Below, in pieces: positions 40,562-52,796 of a stretch of DNA of 64,000 bases (positions are counted from its first letter, which is position 1; every line of letters starts with the position of its first letter). The DNA comes from Podarcis liolepis (Eukaryota). Below the pieces are notes generated by a model that had not been told where the DNA came from, made no database searches, and saw nothing but the letters and a program-made list of their open reading frames with translations. Position numbers and translations under genes: made by a program. The DNA lies in the NCBI GenBank assembly GCA_965112155.1, contig OZ218103.1, one strand, 5' to 3'.

Positions 40562-40832
40562 ACTGTCATGGCTTCCCCTCAAGGAATTCTGGGAGCTGTA
40601 GTTTGTTAAGCATGCTGAGAGTTGTAAGAAGGCTCCCTATTCCTTTCACAAAGCTACAATTCTCAAGAGTTCCATGTGAAGAGGGATTGATTGTTAAAGC
40701 ACTATGGGAATTGCAACTCTCTAAGGAGAACACGAGCCTCCTAATAGTTCTCAGCACCCTTAACGAACTCCAGCTCCCAGAATTCCTTGGGGGAAAGCCA
40801 GGGCTGCTTTAAGTGTACAGTGCAGATGAGGC
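40562..40832. mobile_element. Palindromic dispersed repeat, probable MITE (copies ~6188-6415, 47010-47110, 63380-63650)
   Basis: catggcttcccc...ctgggagctgtagtttgttaag...ctcccagaattccttgggggaaagcca is inverted-symmetric and recurs four times. Confidence 0.65.
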
Positions 40833-42022
40833 CTAATTTAAAGCTATCTACTACTCCAATGGCTGACACTATTATTTTGTGACAGTTGAATTGTATCAGA
40901 CATTTGCTTTAGTATCTTTTTTAAAAAATCTAATCTTTCAATTTCATTGAGCTTTGGGCACCAATGCTGAGAAGGCAAGGGTATACCATGCATAGTTGTA
41001 GAAAAAGCATCCATTTCATTCTAAAACATTGAGGGTTGGGGTGGAGAATTGGCCATGAGGCACTAAGTAGCAGCCCCACCCACCCTGTGATGTACTCCAA
41101 CCCTTATTCAGCACATCCAGGTATCACAATTCTCCCACACCACACCACCCTGCCCTGTTTTCCTTCATCAGCTTCAAATCTATTTAATTCTTCTGCATCC
41201 ACTGATAAGTCTCCACTGTCTCTGTTGGACAGACATTTATCAAGGGAGCCAGGAGGTTCGTTCTTCTATAAATCTCATAAGCCACAAACAACACTTTGTC
41301 ACAGAAACTCAGGATAGACTTTGCAACCATTATCTGGTCTCTTTGGCAACAGCTGAAGCAGAATCATAATCCGGTCTTCAGAGCACAGAAATTGGGGTGG
41401 GGGAATAATGTTGTGTACTGACAACTTGACGGACAGTGGAGAGCATTTGGTTGTATCTGAACTAAGGACATGGTGGTTGTTACTGGGATGGCTGCTGAAC
41501 GCCTAAAATGAGAAAAAGAGCCTTTAAAAAATGGTTGCGCCATTTGCCTATTATCTGCTAGGATTCTAGTCTTGCATTTCTGATACAGCCAGGATGCCTT
41601 GCTCCCCTGCCTGTCGGTTATACCTGAGGGTTGCTAATAGCATTTTCCCCACTCACACACCCCTGCAAGGACCTTAAAAAGTGCTGATAATGGTAAAGCT
41701 ACCCTCTTTTGCTGCTCTGGAGGGATGAGATATGGACTGCATCAAGAAGCATAGCGGTTTGGCCATTTGGCTCCAACGGTCCCTTGGTGGGTAGAGGATC
41801 GAGTCAGTCACAGTGTATAGCGTCTTGGGCAAAATACTGGAAATCCAGATGCATAAGGTGAGTTGGTATCCTGTATTGGCTCAGGAGGCAAGTGATTCTG
41901 CAACAGGTCACTGATAACTAATGGGCCCACAATGGCCGAGATATTTGCTCCTGCGACCATCTCACGAGCTCCTTGCCTGGAAGCCTGATGCCAGAATTGA
42001 AGTCCCTGATTCCCTGTCCGTC

Positions 42023-42457
42023 TCAATGGACTGGAAGTATGTTTCTGGTAAAGTCATCGTCTCTCTGGTAGGCCTCACTGCAAAACTCTGACTCTTGGCT
42101 CGGGTAATTCTCAGAGTCCTCCGGTTCCTTCTTATCACTGTTCCGCACAGCGGCCTCGAGGGCCTTCTGCTGGCGGTAGAAGTGGGAGAACTTGTTGAAG
42201 ATGATGGTGATGGGTAACGCCACGACCAAAATCCCGCCCAGAATGCAGCCGGAAGCAGCCAGCTTGCCGGCCACCGTCACTGGCACAACATCTCCGTAGC
42301 CGACGGTGGTCATGCTCACTGTCCCCCACCACCAGCAGGCGGGGATGGTATCAAAGCCAACATCTTCTTCTTTTTCAGCTGTGTAGGCCACTCCAGAGAA
42401 TACGGACACCCCAACGGCCAAGTACAGGAGTAGGATTCCCACTTCTCTGTAGCTGTG
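42023..42457 (-). CDS. KCNS1: Kv9.1 last coding exon (S5, pore, S6, C-terminus; 144 aa + stop)
   Basis: Acceptor ttctccttttcag|CACAGCTAC is phase 0 and joins [14 protein letters not shown]. The exon has [15 protein letters not shown] (selectivity filter) and [27 protein letters not shown], typical of KCNS1 (PIT instead of PVP/PIP). Confidence 0.95.
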   Translation of the reverse strand, partial: HSYREVGILLLYLAVGVSVFSGVAYTAEKEEDVGFDTIPACWWWGTVSMTTVGYGDVVPVTVAGKLAASGCILGGILVVALPITIIFNKFSHFYRQQKALEAAVRNSDKKEPEDSENYPSQESEFCSEAYQRDDDFTRNILPVH

Positions 42458-42699
42458 CTGAAAAGGAGAATAGAAAAGATCATGGGAATAGGCAGAAACA
42501 GCCTACAACTGAGAATAAAGAGATTCTTAGAGGGAAGGAAGGTCATGGGGACCTTCTTGGCTTTTCTGCTCCTTGAGAAGCTGGTTGGCTCCTTGCCCCC
42601 TCTGAAGACAGGGACATCCCTCTTTGTATCATGTGGGAACTCAGATAGCAAGTGTCATGAACCTACGTAGGGTGGAACTACAAGTTGCCTCAATCAATA

Positions 42700-42925
42700 C
42701 AGTGGTACCTTGGGTTAAGAACTTACGTCGTTCCGGAGGTCCGTTCTTAACCTGAAACTGTTCTTAACCTGAAGCACCACTTTAGCTAATGAGGCCTCCT
42801 GCTGCCGCCGCGCTGCCGGAGCATGATTTCTGTTCTCATCCTGAAGCAAAGTTCTTAACCCGGGGTACTATTTCTGGGTAAGCGGAGTCTGTAACCTGAA
42901 GTGTCTGTAACTCGAGGTACCACTG
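42700..42925. mobile_element. Tc1/mariner (Tigger-like) MITE
   Basis: TA|cagtggtacct...aggtaccactg|TA with repeated taacctgaa motifs. Confidence 0.85.
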
Positions 42926-43289
42926 TAGTCTTCTAATCCTCCACTTGCTATGGGAAGGGTGGGGGGTCTGTGGACTCCACCCATCACTAGCCCCAGGCAG
43001 CACACCCACTGCTCAGTGATAATGGGAGACAGCTGCAGTCCAGCATCTGCCTGGGAGGGCACTGGAGCAGAAGAATCGGTGGATGGGAAGGGTTGTCATG
43101 GAATTCTACTCAATATTGATCCAGAGTAGATTCCAACATATAGTTAGCTGAATTAAAACCTAAACACGTTGCAGGATTCTCAAAAAATAGACCAGAGGCA
43201 ATGGTATTTCATCCAGCAGAGCTTTGCTGCTACTGAAGGCAAATGAGCATAATGGTCACAAATATAATACCTTCAGGATTGGCACTGTC

Positions 43290-43790
43290 CGTAAGAAATC
43301 CAGTTGCAGCAGACTTAACTTAATATTTCAATAACTTATAATAAGACTAAACCTTAACACTATATACAGAACACCACACCAGAAGGAAAAGAGATAGAAA
43401 GAGAAAGTAATGTGTAAAAGATTATCTGGGAAAAGAGAATGTGTAAAAGATCATCTGGGAAAACATTGTTCTCAAATAAAACTAAATTTTGCAAGGTAAA
43501 GATCAGATAGATAAGATAAATTATGTATTAGAAAGACAATAAGGGAAAACAACACAGTTGAAAAGAGAAAGAAGACAGAAGAAGCTGCACTGAGGTGGCG
43601 GGAAGTCACTTGTGTAGAAATATTGTTATTGTTTGGTTTTTATATGTGTACGATATATGTTAAAGAGTGAATAGAATGTGTATATAAATAACCAATTTAA
43701 AATTCAATAAAAAGAAAGAAAGAAAGAAAAGAAAAGAAAAGAAAAGAAAAGAAAAGAAAAGAAAAGAAAAGAAAAGAAAAGAAAAGAAAA
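43290..43790 (+). mobile_element. Probable L1 3' UTR whose tail decayed into (AAAAG)n
   Basis: A-rich segment with a gggaagtc motif, a T-rich stretch and aataaa directly before the (AAAAG)n array. Confidence 0.5.
43711..43790. repeat. (AAAG)n/(AAAAG)n microsatellite
   Basis: Directly visible. Confidence 0.95.
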
Positions 43791-44219
43791 CCCAGGCTCC
43801 TTTTGGCCTCTTATTATAGTCAGCATAACCTTGACAGAAGAGATAAGATAACCAGTTTAAACCAGCTGTACTCATCTTCTCTGAAGGAATAACCCAAACA
43901 CCATGAACCTTCCACTTGTTTCTTTCACACAGAGAAGCTTCTAGAACCCTCTTGAATTAATTAGAATAGGAAAGATCTCTACACATCAGATCAGTACTTT
44001 CTGTACCAAGAAATGCAAACTGACAAGGGTTTAGTACCCCTCCCACAGTTTTGTCCCTAATCACCTGCCCTGCATTAATGTTGAGTGAAACACAGACCCT
44101 GGGAATGCAGAGCTTGGGCTGTCTCCAGTACCATTAAACCAACCAACCAACCTCTTTCTTGGATGATTTTCAGAGCAGTGTGCAACACAGCGACATTATA
44201 TTGATGCCTATGCCACAGC

Positions 44220-44328
44220 AGGCATAGGCATATGCCTACGGCAGGCAGTGGAAGACAGGGATGCCTGGTGTGCTCTGGTCCATGGGGTCACGAAGAGTCG
44301 GACACGACTAAACGACTAAACAATAACA
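44220..44328 (+). mobile_element. Very short Bov-B 3' end with extra 5' sequence
   Basis: ggcagtggaagacagg...gagtcggacacgactaaacgactaaac. TSD atgccacagc at 44210-44219 and 44329-44338. Confidence 0.85.
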
Positions 44329-45064
44329 ATGCCACAGCCAATACCTCTGCGATCATCATCCTCAGATGATCCTCCCTCCTTTGTGTGCCCCTTCCATGAG
44401 AACCAGCCTTTGCAGTTGTGACTTCCTGCTTGTAGAATACTCACCCCAGAGAAGCTCGCCTGGTGCCATCATTATATATCTTGGTGTGCCAAGCCACAAC
44501 TTTTTTTCCGTCAGGTCTTTGGCTTTTAATGATCTATGGTCTTTTTGCATGGGTGAGATGTTTTAATCTTGCTTTTAAAAAACCCAGAATTGTCTTTAAG
44601 ATTGCTTTTTAAAGCTGGCTTTAACGTACATATGTGGTTGTTGGCTTAAAACATTGCAAGGTGCTTTAAGCTGCTATGGCAAAAACGCAACCAATAACTT
44701 TAATAAATACTCGTTAAAATACAAATAATATGAGACTTAAAGAGCTTGCAATGCAGACACAGTTAGGTATGCTTGCACTGTATCCAATTTGCAACCTCTT
44801 AATATTTCACAGCTGCAACATTTGAAATAGCTTGTTACAGATTTGTTTTTTCTTGTACACTTGTGCAGCTCAGAATCATTATATTAAAATAATATGCTCT
44901 CATTTCTCCCACCCTCTCAGTTCATAATGGCGTAGGGTGGGAGAGCCATTTGTACTGCAGAGAGACCAACTAAATTGCAAGCAGGTGACTTTTGTTGCCA
45001 TTCAAACTGTTTGTAGAACGTCTCATTTCGCAGAATAATCCTACACCCATTTACCTGGGAGTAA

Positions 45065-45418
45065 ACACGGGTGGCACTGTGGTCTAAACCACAGAGCCTA
45101 GGGCTTGCCGATCAGAAGGTCGGTGGTTTGAATCCCTGCAACGGGGTGAGCTCCCGTTGCTCGGTCCCTGCTCCTGCCAACCTAGCAGTTCGAAAGCACG
45201 CCAAAGTGCAAGTAGATAAATAGGTACCGCTCCAGCAGGAAGGTAAACGGCATTTCCGTGCGCTGCTCTGGTTCGCCAGAAGTGGCTTAGTCATGCTGGC
45301 CACATGACCCGGAAGCTGTACACTGGCTCCCTCGGCCAATAAAGCGAGCTGAGTGCCGCAACCCCAGAGTTGTCCGCGACTGGACCTAACGGTCAAGGGT
45401 CCCTTTACCCTTTACCTT
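45065..45418 (+). mobile_element. Sauria SINE (subfamily B), inserted into a short palindromic repeat
   Basis: Full head, core and ctttacc tail. The flanks continue an ~80 bp aatccta...cttacttc element. Confidence 0.9.
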
Positions 45419-46388
45419 AAGCCCTACTGAACTCGGTATGCCTTACTTCTGAGAGTCACTCCCAGGAGTGTGCTGAACCTGTTATTGACTGGTGAGATTC
45501 ATGGCTCTCTTATGAAGGATTGAAGCCTTGGAAGGAGGTGCTAAAAACACATAAACACCCTTGCTCCCCAGTGTCACCAGCTTAATATCTGTTTATCTAG
45601 GGTCCAGGCGCCTTCCTGGATCAATATGCTTCTTAACAGCTCTCAGAATAAGAATCAAGATGCTCTGCTGACCACCAGCCCTCCTGTGACTAATGCAAAT
45701 AGAGCCTCAAGGGTCCAGGCAGCCTTCGATGCCCTTAGTGTTTCTCCAACTCCCAGCGCAGCTTTTCTGAAGGGCAAAACATGGAGCCATCAAGAATCTG
45801 CCTGGTGCTGCCAGCCTGCCTCTCAAGATGTAGACGGGGCTGGACTCCAGATTGGCACCAGTGCCAGCCGTACGTTGGGCAAGTCCCTGGTTTGCATTCA
45901 CCCGAGACAAACACCCATCTGGTGTCTGCGATGTTTGGCAGGGAGGAGATTGATTTCCTGATGGCAAATAAATATCTGTCACTCTCCTCCCTTTCGCAGA
46001 GTGCAGAGCAGGGACTTGAAAATGGGAGGGGGAGGCTCACGCAATGCCAGAAGACGTGTCTGCGTGTGGTGCCAACTCAGCCACAGGGAAGATCAAGGAG
46101 GTTGCTGGTGCGAGGGGCTTCAAGCAGGATTGGGTCTATGCAATTTTACAGAAGGGTAGATGGGCAAATAAATAATAATAATAATAATAATAAATCCCCA
46201 GTTGCTGAAAGGCTTGTAACAGTAGAAGCTGCATTTTACCAAAGCTCCTCCTTTTTCCAAATTGGTTTTGGCAATCCTAGCGGATGACTATGTTGGCATA
46301 ACAGAGAGAGGCAATATCCAGTGCCAGATTTCAGAGAAGGGGTCAAAATGGAACATTTCCAGTTTCTGAGTCAAGCTGGGACTGCCAT

Positions 46389-46392
<4 letters not shown>

Positions 46393-46447
<55 letters not shown>
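46393..46447. repeat. Compound (CT)n(CA)n microsatellite
   Basis: Directly visible. Confidence 0.95.
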
Positions 46448-48467
46448 CTTTCAATTATGTGTGTTAATATTTTTATAATGGGTTTTTTATACTTGTAAAC
46501 TGCTTAGAAGCCACCTTGGCAATTAAGTGGTACATGAATTAATAAATAATCATTATATCCAGCTAATGCATCCTAACAGTGCAAGGATTGACACTTGCGC
46601 AACAGAATTTACTCCACTCCTCCCACCACAATTGGTTTCCCAAACTTGAAGAGGGCATGGGAGCTCCATTGTACAAGTGTAAATCATTGTGCTGCCAGGA
46701 TGTATCCGACTGATCCCACCTAATAATAATAAAACACCAAAACATCAATGTCAACAGTCTTTAATTTGCAGAAATGTATCAGATGAAGTTCTCCTTTTTA
46801 GAGACATGATTATAGGCATGACTGAAGCCTTGTCAGCTAACAAACCTACCCTCTTGGATAGCAAAAGATGTTCAGGGATGGATGGGGGTGGGGGGCTGCT
46901 CACTCTACTAAGCAGTTCCACTGGTGGAAGCCAACACAAAGGCTCCCTCTAGCATAGCAGGGCTTCCCCCCTGCTCTCCGCTCCCCCCATCAGCTCTGGG
47001 GGATTACGGGGAAAATGCAGCTCCCTTAAACTACAGCTCCCAGAATTCTTTAGGGGGAGCCACGACTGTTTAAAGTGGCATCATAGTGCTTTAAAAATAT
47101 GGTACAAATGTAGTCAAGGTTGAAGGGTGGGCATAGGGTGGGCAGCCTTAAAATGTTTCCTGTGGGCATCTCTTGTGAAGGGCAAGAGTCCTCTCCTCTC
47201 AGTCCTCAGGCAGGATCTTTGAGAACTCAAATCCGCTCGTCAAAGGCCTTTGCATCAGTCTTTATATGTTGGCAATTCTCCTCCAGCACGTCCCTCTTAT
47301 GTCTTCAAAATGGAGCCGAAGAAATGGATTATGCTGCTCAGTATTTGCTCTACGGCACAGGGAAGGATCACAACCGACCAGCTGACTACAGCTGGAACTG
47401 CTGCTTACACTGAATGACCCATGTGTCGCTGTCAAAAGATGACAAGTCCATCCGTCAACGTTAGGGACGCGTGTTTTTCGCTCAGGCGTGTCAGGTGGGG
47501 GAATGGAAGTCCCTCTTGCCATCGCCAAGCAGCAGCAGCAGCGAGGAGGACTAACCCAGAGTCACGTGACATGAGCAGAACAAGATCTGTCAGAGCTGGT
47601 TATTTATAGGCAGGGACACAATTGACAGACAGGCTGGGACAACAGTATAGTGACAGTCAGGCTCAAAATGAAACTGTCAAAATAGAGAGAGGGGGGGGGG
47701 CAGCTGATCCAAGTGCAACCCAGCCAGAAATGTGGAGCAACCAAAGATGCTGTGTGAATGAGTGTGTGAATGAGTGGGGGAGCAGAGAGCATGAAAATGC
47801 TGGGGGAGAAAACTAAGTTAGGGAATAAAAACTTCATCCTACCAGCAAGGAAGGTGGTAGCTCATAAAAAGGAAAAACTAGACAAAGATATCTGGGTGAA
47901 ATTTACACTTGGAGATAATGGGTCCCAGGTTTCTGGATCAATAACACATTTTCATCTTCTTATAGCAGCCATTACTTTTACTTCTGGCCTCTCACTTTGC
48001 TGGCTGCGTGAGCAGGGGAGGCAGCGGGGAGAAGCAATAAAACAAACTACGCTTACAGCACAAAGCAGTGATGAGAAATATACTTCCAAACCGGAGCTCC
48101 ACTTACGCTGTGTCTCCTCCTTGTTGCACCATCACTACCTTCCTGTCCCAATGTCCCAAAATAGGCGGTTTCCTGCTTCCAGAGCTCATGCTTGGTTTGC
48201 ATCAAGGCTCCCCGCCTTCTTTAAGAACTAGGGTCAAACTTGGTCAGGTATGTTACATTTGACCACTAAATATAAAACAGGCCCAGGGTGGATGACCCGG
48301 ATATACAACAATGAAGTAAACTTCAAGATAAAACACTGAATAAAACTGGAAGCAGGTAAACCTTTCAGAAACAGCAGTGCTCTCTCTGGGTGTGTTCATT
48401 TCATGCCTAAATGACAGCAATATAAGCATCCTCCTCCATGGGGAGAGAACTTTATAACCAGGTTTCT

Positions 48468-49275
48468 GCAACCAAGAAGGGATGATCAAGGGTCTGGAAA
48501 CCAAGCCTTATGAGAAACGGTTGAGGGAGATGGGTATGTTAAGTCTGGATTAGAGGTCCTTACCAGAGAAGAATGGAAAACCAAGCTGATGGACTATGCC
48601 GAGATGGCAAAGCTGACTGGAAAACTCAGAAACCAAGAGGATAAAAACTTTATAAAAGAATGGGGAAATTTATAAGTTACCTAGGAGACCACTGTAAGCA
48701 GATGGAAACAAGAGCAGGATTTTGACTCACTTGTGGTGTAAAAAGACACCACGGACAATATCATTTGATATAAAAATTAGAGTACACGAATATGCAGTTG
48801 CAGATCCTTAAAATGAGACCCCATGGAGGGAATGGGGGGGGGGAGTCTCACAATTCAGAGAATCTCGCTATACAGATATGTTTTTACTAATTTGTGTTTA
48901 TTGGTATTTTGTATTTGTAAAACCAATAAAAATGATTTTTTTTTTTAAAAAAAAGCCTGGTTTAGAGGAGACTGAGAGGCGATTTGATAGCCATCTTCAA
49001 ATATTGCAAGGGCATCACATGGAAGATAGAGCAAGCTTGTTTCCTCCTGCTCCAGAGGGTAAGACTAGAACCAATGGCTTCAAGTTACAAGGAAGGAGAT
49101 TCTGACTGAACATCAGGAAGAACTTTCTGACAGTAAGAGCTGTTTGACAGTGGAACCGATTCTCTAGGGAGGTTGTGGACTCTCCTTCATTGGAGGTTTT
49201 TAAGCAGAGGTTGGATGGCCACCTGTCATGGATGCTTTAGCTGAGAGTCCTGCATTGCACGGGGTGAGACTAGAT
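48468..49275 (+). mobile_element. CR1 LINE 3' segment (interrupted by L1)
   Basis: Encodes MIKGLETKPYEKRLRE..., [30 protein letters not shown]. 3' UTR cctgcattgcacgggg...ctagat. Confidence 0.85.
48557..48952 (+). mobile_element. 5'-truncated L1-type LINE nested in CR1
   Basis: Encodes TREEWKTKLMDYAEMAKLTGKLRNQEDKNFIKEWG, followed by UTR, aataaa and A tail. 16-bp TSD aag(t/c)ctgg(a/t)ttagagg at 48541-48556 and 48953-48968. Confidence 0.8.
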
Positions 49276-49284
49276 AAGTTTGAC

Positions 49285-50033
49285 ATCAATACCAGGAAAG
49301 GTCCTGGAACAGATAATTCAACCGTCGGGTCTGCAAGGACTTAAAAAAGAATGCTGTGATTACTAAGACCCAGCCTGCGTTTCTCAAAAACAAGTTATGC
49401 CATACAAATCTCATTTCTTTTTTTGACAGTGTTATAAGCTTGGTGGATCGGGGGGAACTCTGTGAACACAGTGTCTCTTGATTTCAGGAAGGCTTTTGGC
49501 AAAGTTCCCCATGATATTCTTGCAAGGAAGCTGGTAAAATGTGGGTTGAACGAAGTAACTGTTAGGTATATTTGTAGCTGGTTGACTGAGTGAACCCAAC
49601 AAGTACTCATTAACAGTTCCTCATCACCCTGGGAAAAAATGACAAGCAGGGTGGCCACAGGGTTCTGTCCTGGGCCCATTGTTGTTCAACGTCTTTATAA
49701 ACAACTTGGATGAAGGAATTGAAGGGGTGCTCATCAAATCTGCAGATGACACCAAACTGGGAGGGGTAGCTAATGCTGCAGAAGACAGAATCAGGATTCA
49801 AAATGACCTTAGCAGCTAATGCTATTCTATGCTGCATCAACAGAAATAGAGTGTCTGGATCAATGGAAGTAACAGTACCACTCTATTCTCCCTTGGTCAG
49901 ACCACACCTGGAATACTTTGTCCAATTCTGGGGAGAGACCACAATTTTTAAGAAGGACATTGGCAAGCTGGAATGTGTGCAGAGGAGGGCAACCAAGATG
50001 ATCAAAGGTCTGGATCCTGGCAAACCCATCAGG
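49285..50033 (+). mobile_element. CR1 LINE RT-domain segment
   Basis: Encodes LDFRKAFGKVPHD, PQGSVLGPLLFNVFINNLDEG, ADDTKLGG and PLYSPLVRPHLEY...LECVQRRATKMIKGL. Confidence 0.85.
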
Positions 50034-51509
50034 ACCCTTCAACTGTGTAAAATTCTGCAGCAAATTCACTACATAATAAATAGCATGCTCTTCACTACGT
50101 AATATCTTAGGACCAGCTGGAGGATTGCCTTACCCCATATATATTGACCTACTCAATCACTTCAGTCTGCGAAATGGCACTTTTACAAGTGCCACATAAT
50201 GTTCCTTCCTGATCCTTCAGTGTGGCAGCACCTAAGCTTTGGAACTCTCTGCCCATTTATATTAACCGGACACCTTCACTGTACTGCTTTAAGCACCAGC
50301 TAAAAACTTTCTGGTGTAAGCAAGCATACCCAGATACCCATTTGACATATATTTTTATATGTAATCCTATTTTACAATGCATGTTTCTAAAACAGCTGAC
50401 TTCATACATTTTGTGGGGGAGGAATAAGTAAACTTGTTTTTAGCATATGATTGTATTGGTCATTTTAATGGATATTTTATGCAAACAGTTTAGAGGTTTC
50501 GATGATTAAGTGGTATAGATAAAGCCTGCTGAATAAATACATACATATCCCTTGGTCCTATGCTTGGTGAGGTCACTTTTGGGCAGCTCCCTGCAAGGCT
50601 GAAACTGAACGATTCATCTTCTTGCAGATGGAGAGTCTTGCCTGTTCTCATTACAATATGGGAGGCCCTTTGAGAACAAGAGTAGAAAACCCCAGCAGAA
50701 CCCACAGATAAACACCCGCTACATTACAGGAGATCCCATCTCTGCCACTTGCTCAGACAGCCAGTCATGCAGATGCAGCCAGCCAGCCTGAAAACTCCTT
50801 CTGGTGTCAGACAAATGCCAGCTCTTGCAGGTCAGCCTAAGGCTGGCTGGCAGGAGGATCACAAATTATAAAGAGCTATGCTCCACTGAGCAAGGAAAAC
50901 ATCCTAGGGTATCGCCTGGAAATTTCAAGGGGTTCGCAATTAGGCCAGATGGTTTAGGACAGCAGATATGGTATTTTTCCTCCTTTCCAAAATCCAAATT
51001 TTGCACCAGAGAAGTAAATGTCTGAACGTAAGGAACAGGATCAAGAAAAAATAATAATACTTGGATATGTGTTACTTAGTTCGAAGGCTTTGAAACCACC
51101 TCTGTGAAACATCAGGAGGCTTTGCAGGACACAGAAGCCCAGCCTTGTCTATTTACACTTATTTATCTAACAGACTTACTAGCCACATTTTGAAATGCAG
51201 TATTTTGCTAAGGCAGCATATTGTATCAGATAAAAACAGTTATAAAACACATGTAGAGCATTAAAACAGTAAAAGCGACAGATCAGCAGCACACAGGAAG
51301 CACACAATCTATTCCCAACTAAAAGATGTGGGGATTTCTTATGGGGTGGAGTTCCATAAGTTTGGGGCTGCCACTGAAAAGTTTCTGACTCCTAGCCTAG
51401 CCTTCCTGACTGACATACAAGCAAGGTCTCGCCAGCTGCTTTTAGTGCTCTGGCAGTTTCATATAGTTTCATATAGGTACCTGGAAGCCTTTTAAGCAAC
51501 TGGGCCTCC

Positions 51510-51942
51510 AAAATGGTCAAAGGCCTGGAAACGATGCCTTATGAGGAACGACTAAGGGAGCTGGGCATGTTTAGCCTGGAGAAGAGGAGGTTAAGGGGTG
51601 ATATGATAGCCATGTTCAAATATATTAAAGGATGTCACATAGAGGAGGGAGAAAGGTTGTTTTCTGCTGCTCCAGAGAAGCGGACACGGAGCAATGGATC
51701 CAAACTACAAGAAAGAAGATTCCACCTAAACATTAGGAAGAACTTCCTGACAGTAAGAGCTGTTCGACAGTGGAATTTGCTGCCAAGGAGTGTGGTGGAG
51801 TCTCCTACTTTGGAGGTCTTTAAGCAGAGGCTTGACAACCATATGTCAGGAGTGCTCTGATGGTGTTTCCTGCTTGGCCCTTGTGGTCGATGGCCCTTGT
51901 GGTCTCTTCCAACTCTATGATTCTATGATTCTATGATTCTAT
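51510..51942 (+). mobile_element. Young CR1 3' fragment
   Basis: Uninterrupted 115-aa CR1 ORF2 C-terminus and an (attctatg)n tail. Confidence 0.92.
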
Positions 51943-51954
51943 AATTGTTCAAAG

Positions 51955-52334
51955 TGGGACATGGGTCTAAACCACTGAGCCTCTTGGGCTTACCAATCAG
52001 AAGTTCAGCGGTTCAAATCCACGCAACAGGGTGAGCTCCCATTTCTCTGTCCCAGCTCCTGCCAACCTAGCAGTTTTAAAGCATACCAGTGCAAGTAGAT
52101 AAATAAGTACCACTGTAACAGGAAGGTAAATGGCGTTTCCATGCACTCTGGCTTCCATCACAGTGTTCCATTGCACCAGAAACGTCTTAGTCATGCTGGC
52201 CACATGACCTGGAAAGCTGTCTGTAGACAAACGCCAGCACCCTCAGCCTGAAGCGAGATGAGTGCTGCACCCTATAGCTGGTTTGACTAGACTTAACCGT
52301 CCAGGGGTTCTTTACCTTATCTTTACTTTTTACC
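51955..52334 (+). mobile_element. Sauria SINE (subfamily A)
   Basis: Same core and tail as the 3713 copy. Confidence 0.88.
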
Positions 52335-52422
52335 TGTTTAGAGTTTTAAAGGTCAGGACCAACACTTGGGATGGGATTTGACTAACCAGGCCCGTCAACA
52401 GAAGCCCTGAAAAAGGACTTCC

Positions 52423-52796
52423 TCCCCCCCCAATAATATTTATTATTTTTCATACAAAAACATAACAAAAGAGAGAGTAAACAATAACGAGAGAAAAAAT
52501 GAAAAGAAAAAAGAATATGAAACATAAAATACATCAAATCACCACATAAACTAAAACTTAATTAATTAATTAAAATCCATCTTCATAAACATATTACTTG
52601 ACTTCCTCTAATCTCTTCCATCTGAATTTCTTAGTAACTATATATAGCTGTTTCCAATATCATTATTTCATAAAACCATATCACAGTCATAATCATATTT
52701 CCTAAATTTTCTTATTGTACATTTTCTTATTTACTTATTTAATCCTAATTTAGTCCTAGGCCTAATTAATTCTTTCAAGTGGTTACATATCTTTAA
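52423..52796 (-). mobile_element. L1-type 3' UTR retro-insertion
   Basis: Perfect 17-bp TSD cctgaaaaaggacttcc at 52406-52422 and 52797-52813. Minus-strand aataaa lies near the 3' end. Confidence 0.75.

Noticed and set aside
38015-42022. KCNS1 poly(A) site assignment (minus-strand AATAAA at 38015, 38515, 38675; ATTAAA at 41183)
   Set aside because: Cannot choose among the candidates from sequence alone.
45781-46287. 168-aa ORF in the KCNS1 intron
   Set aside because: No recognisable domain, and it runs through an (AAT)n repeat.
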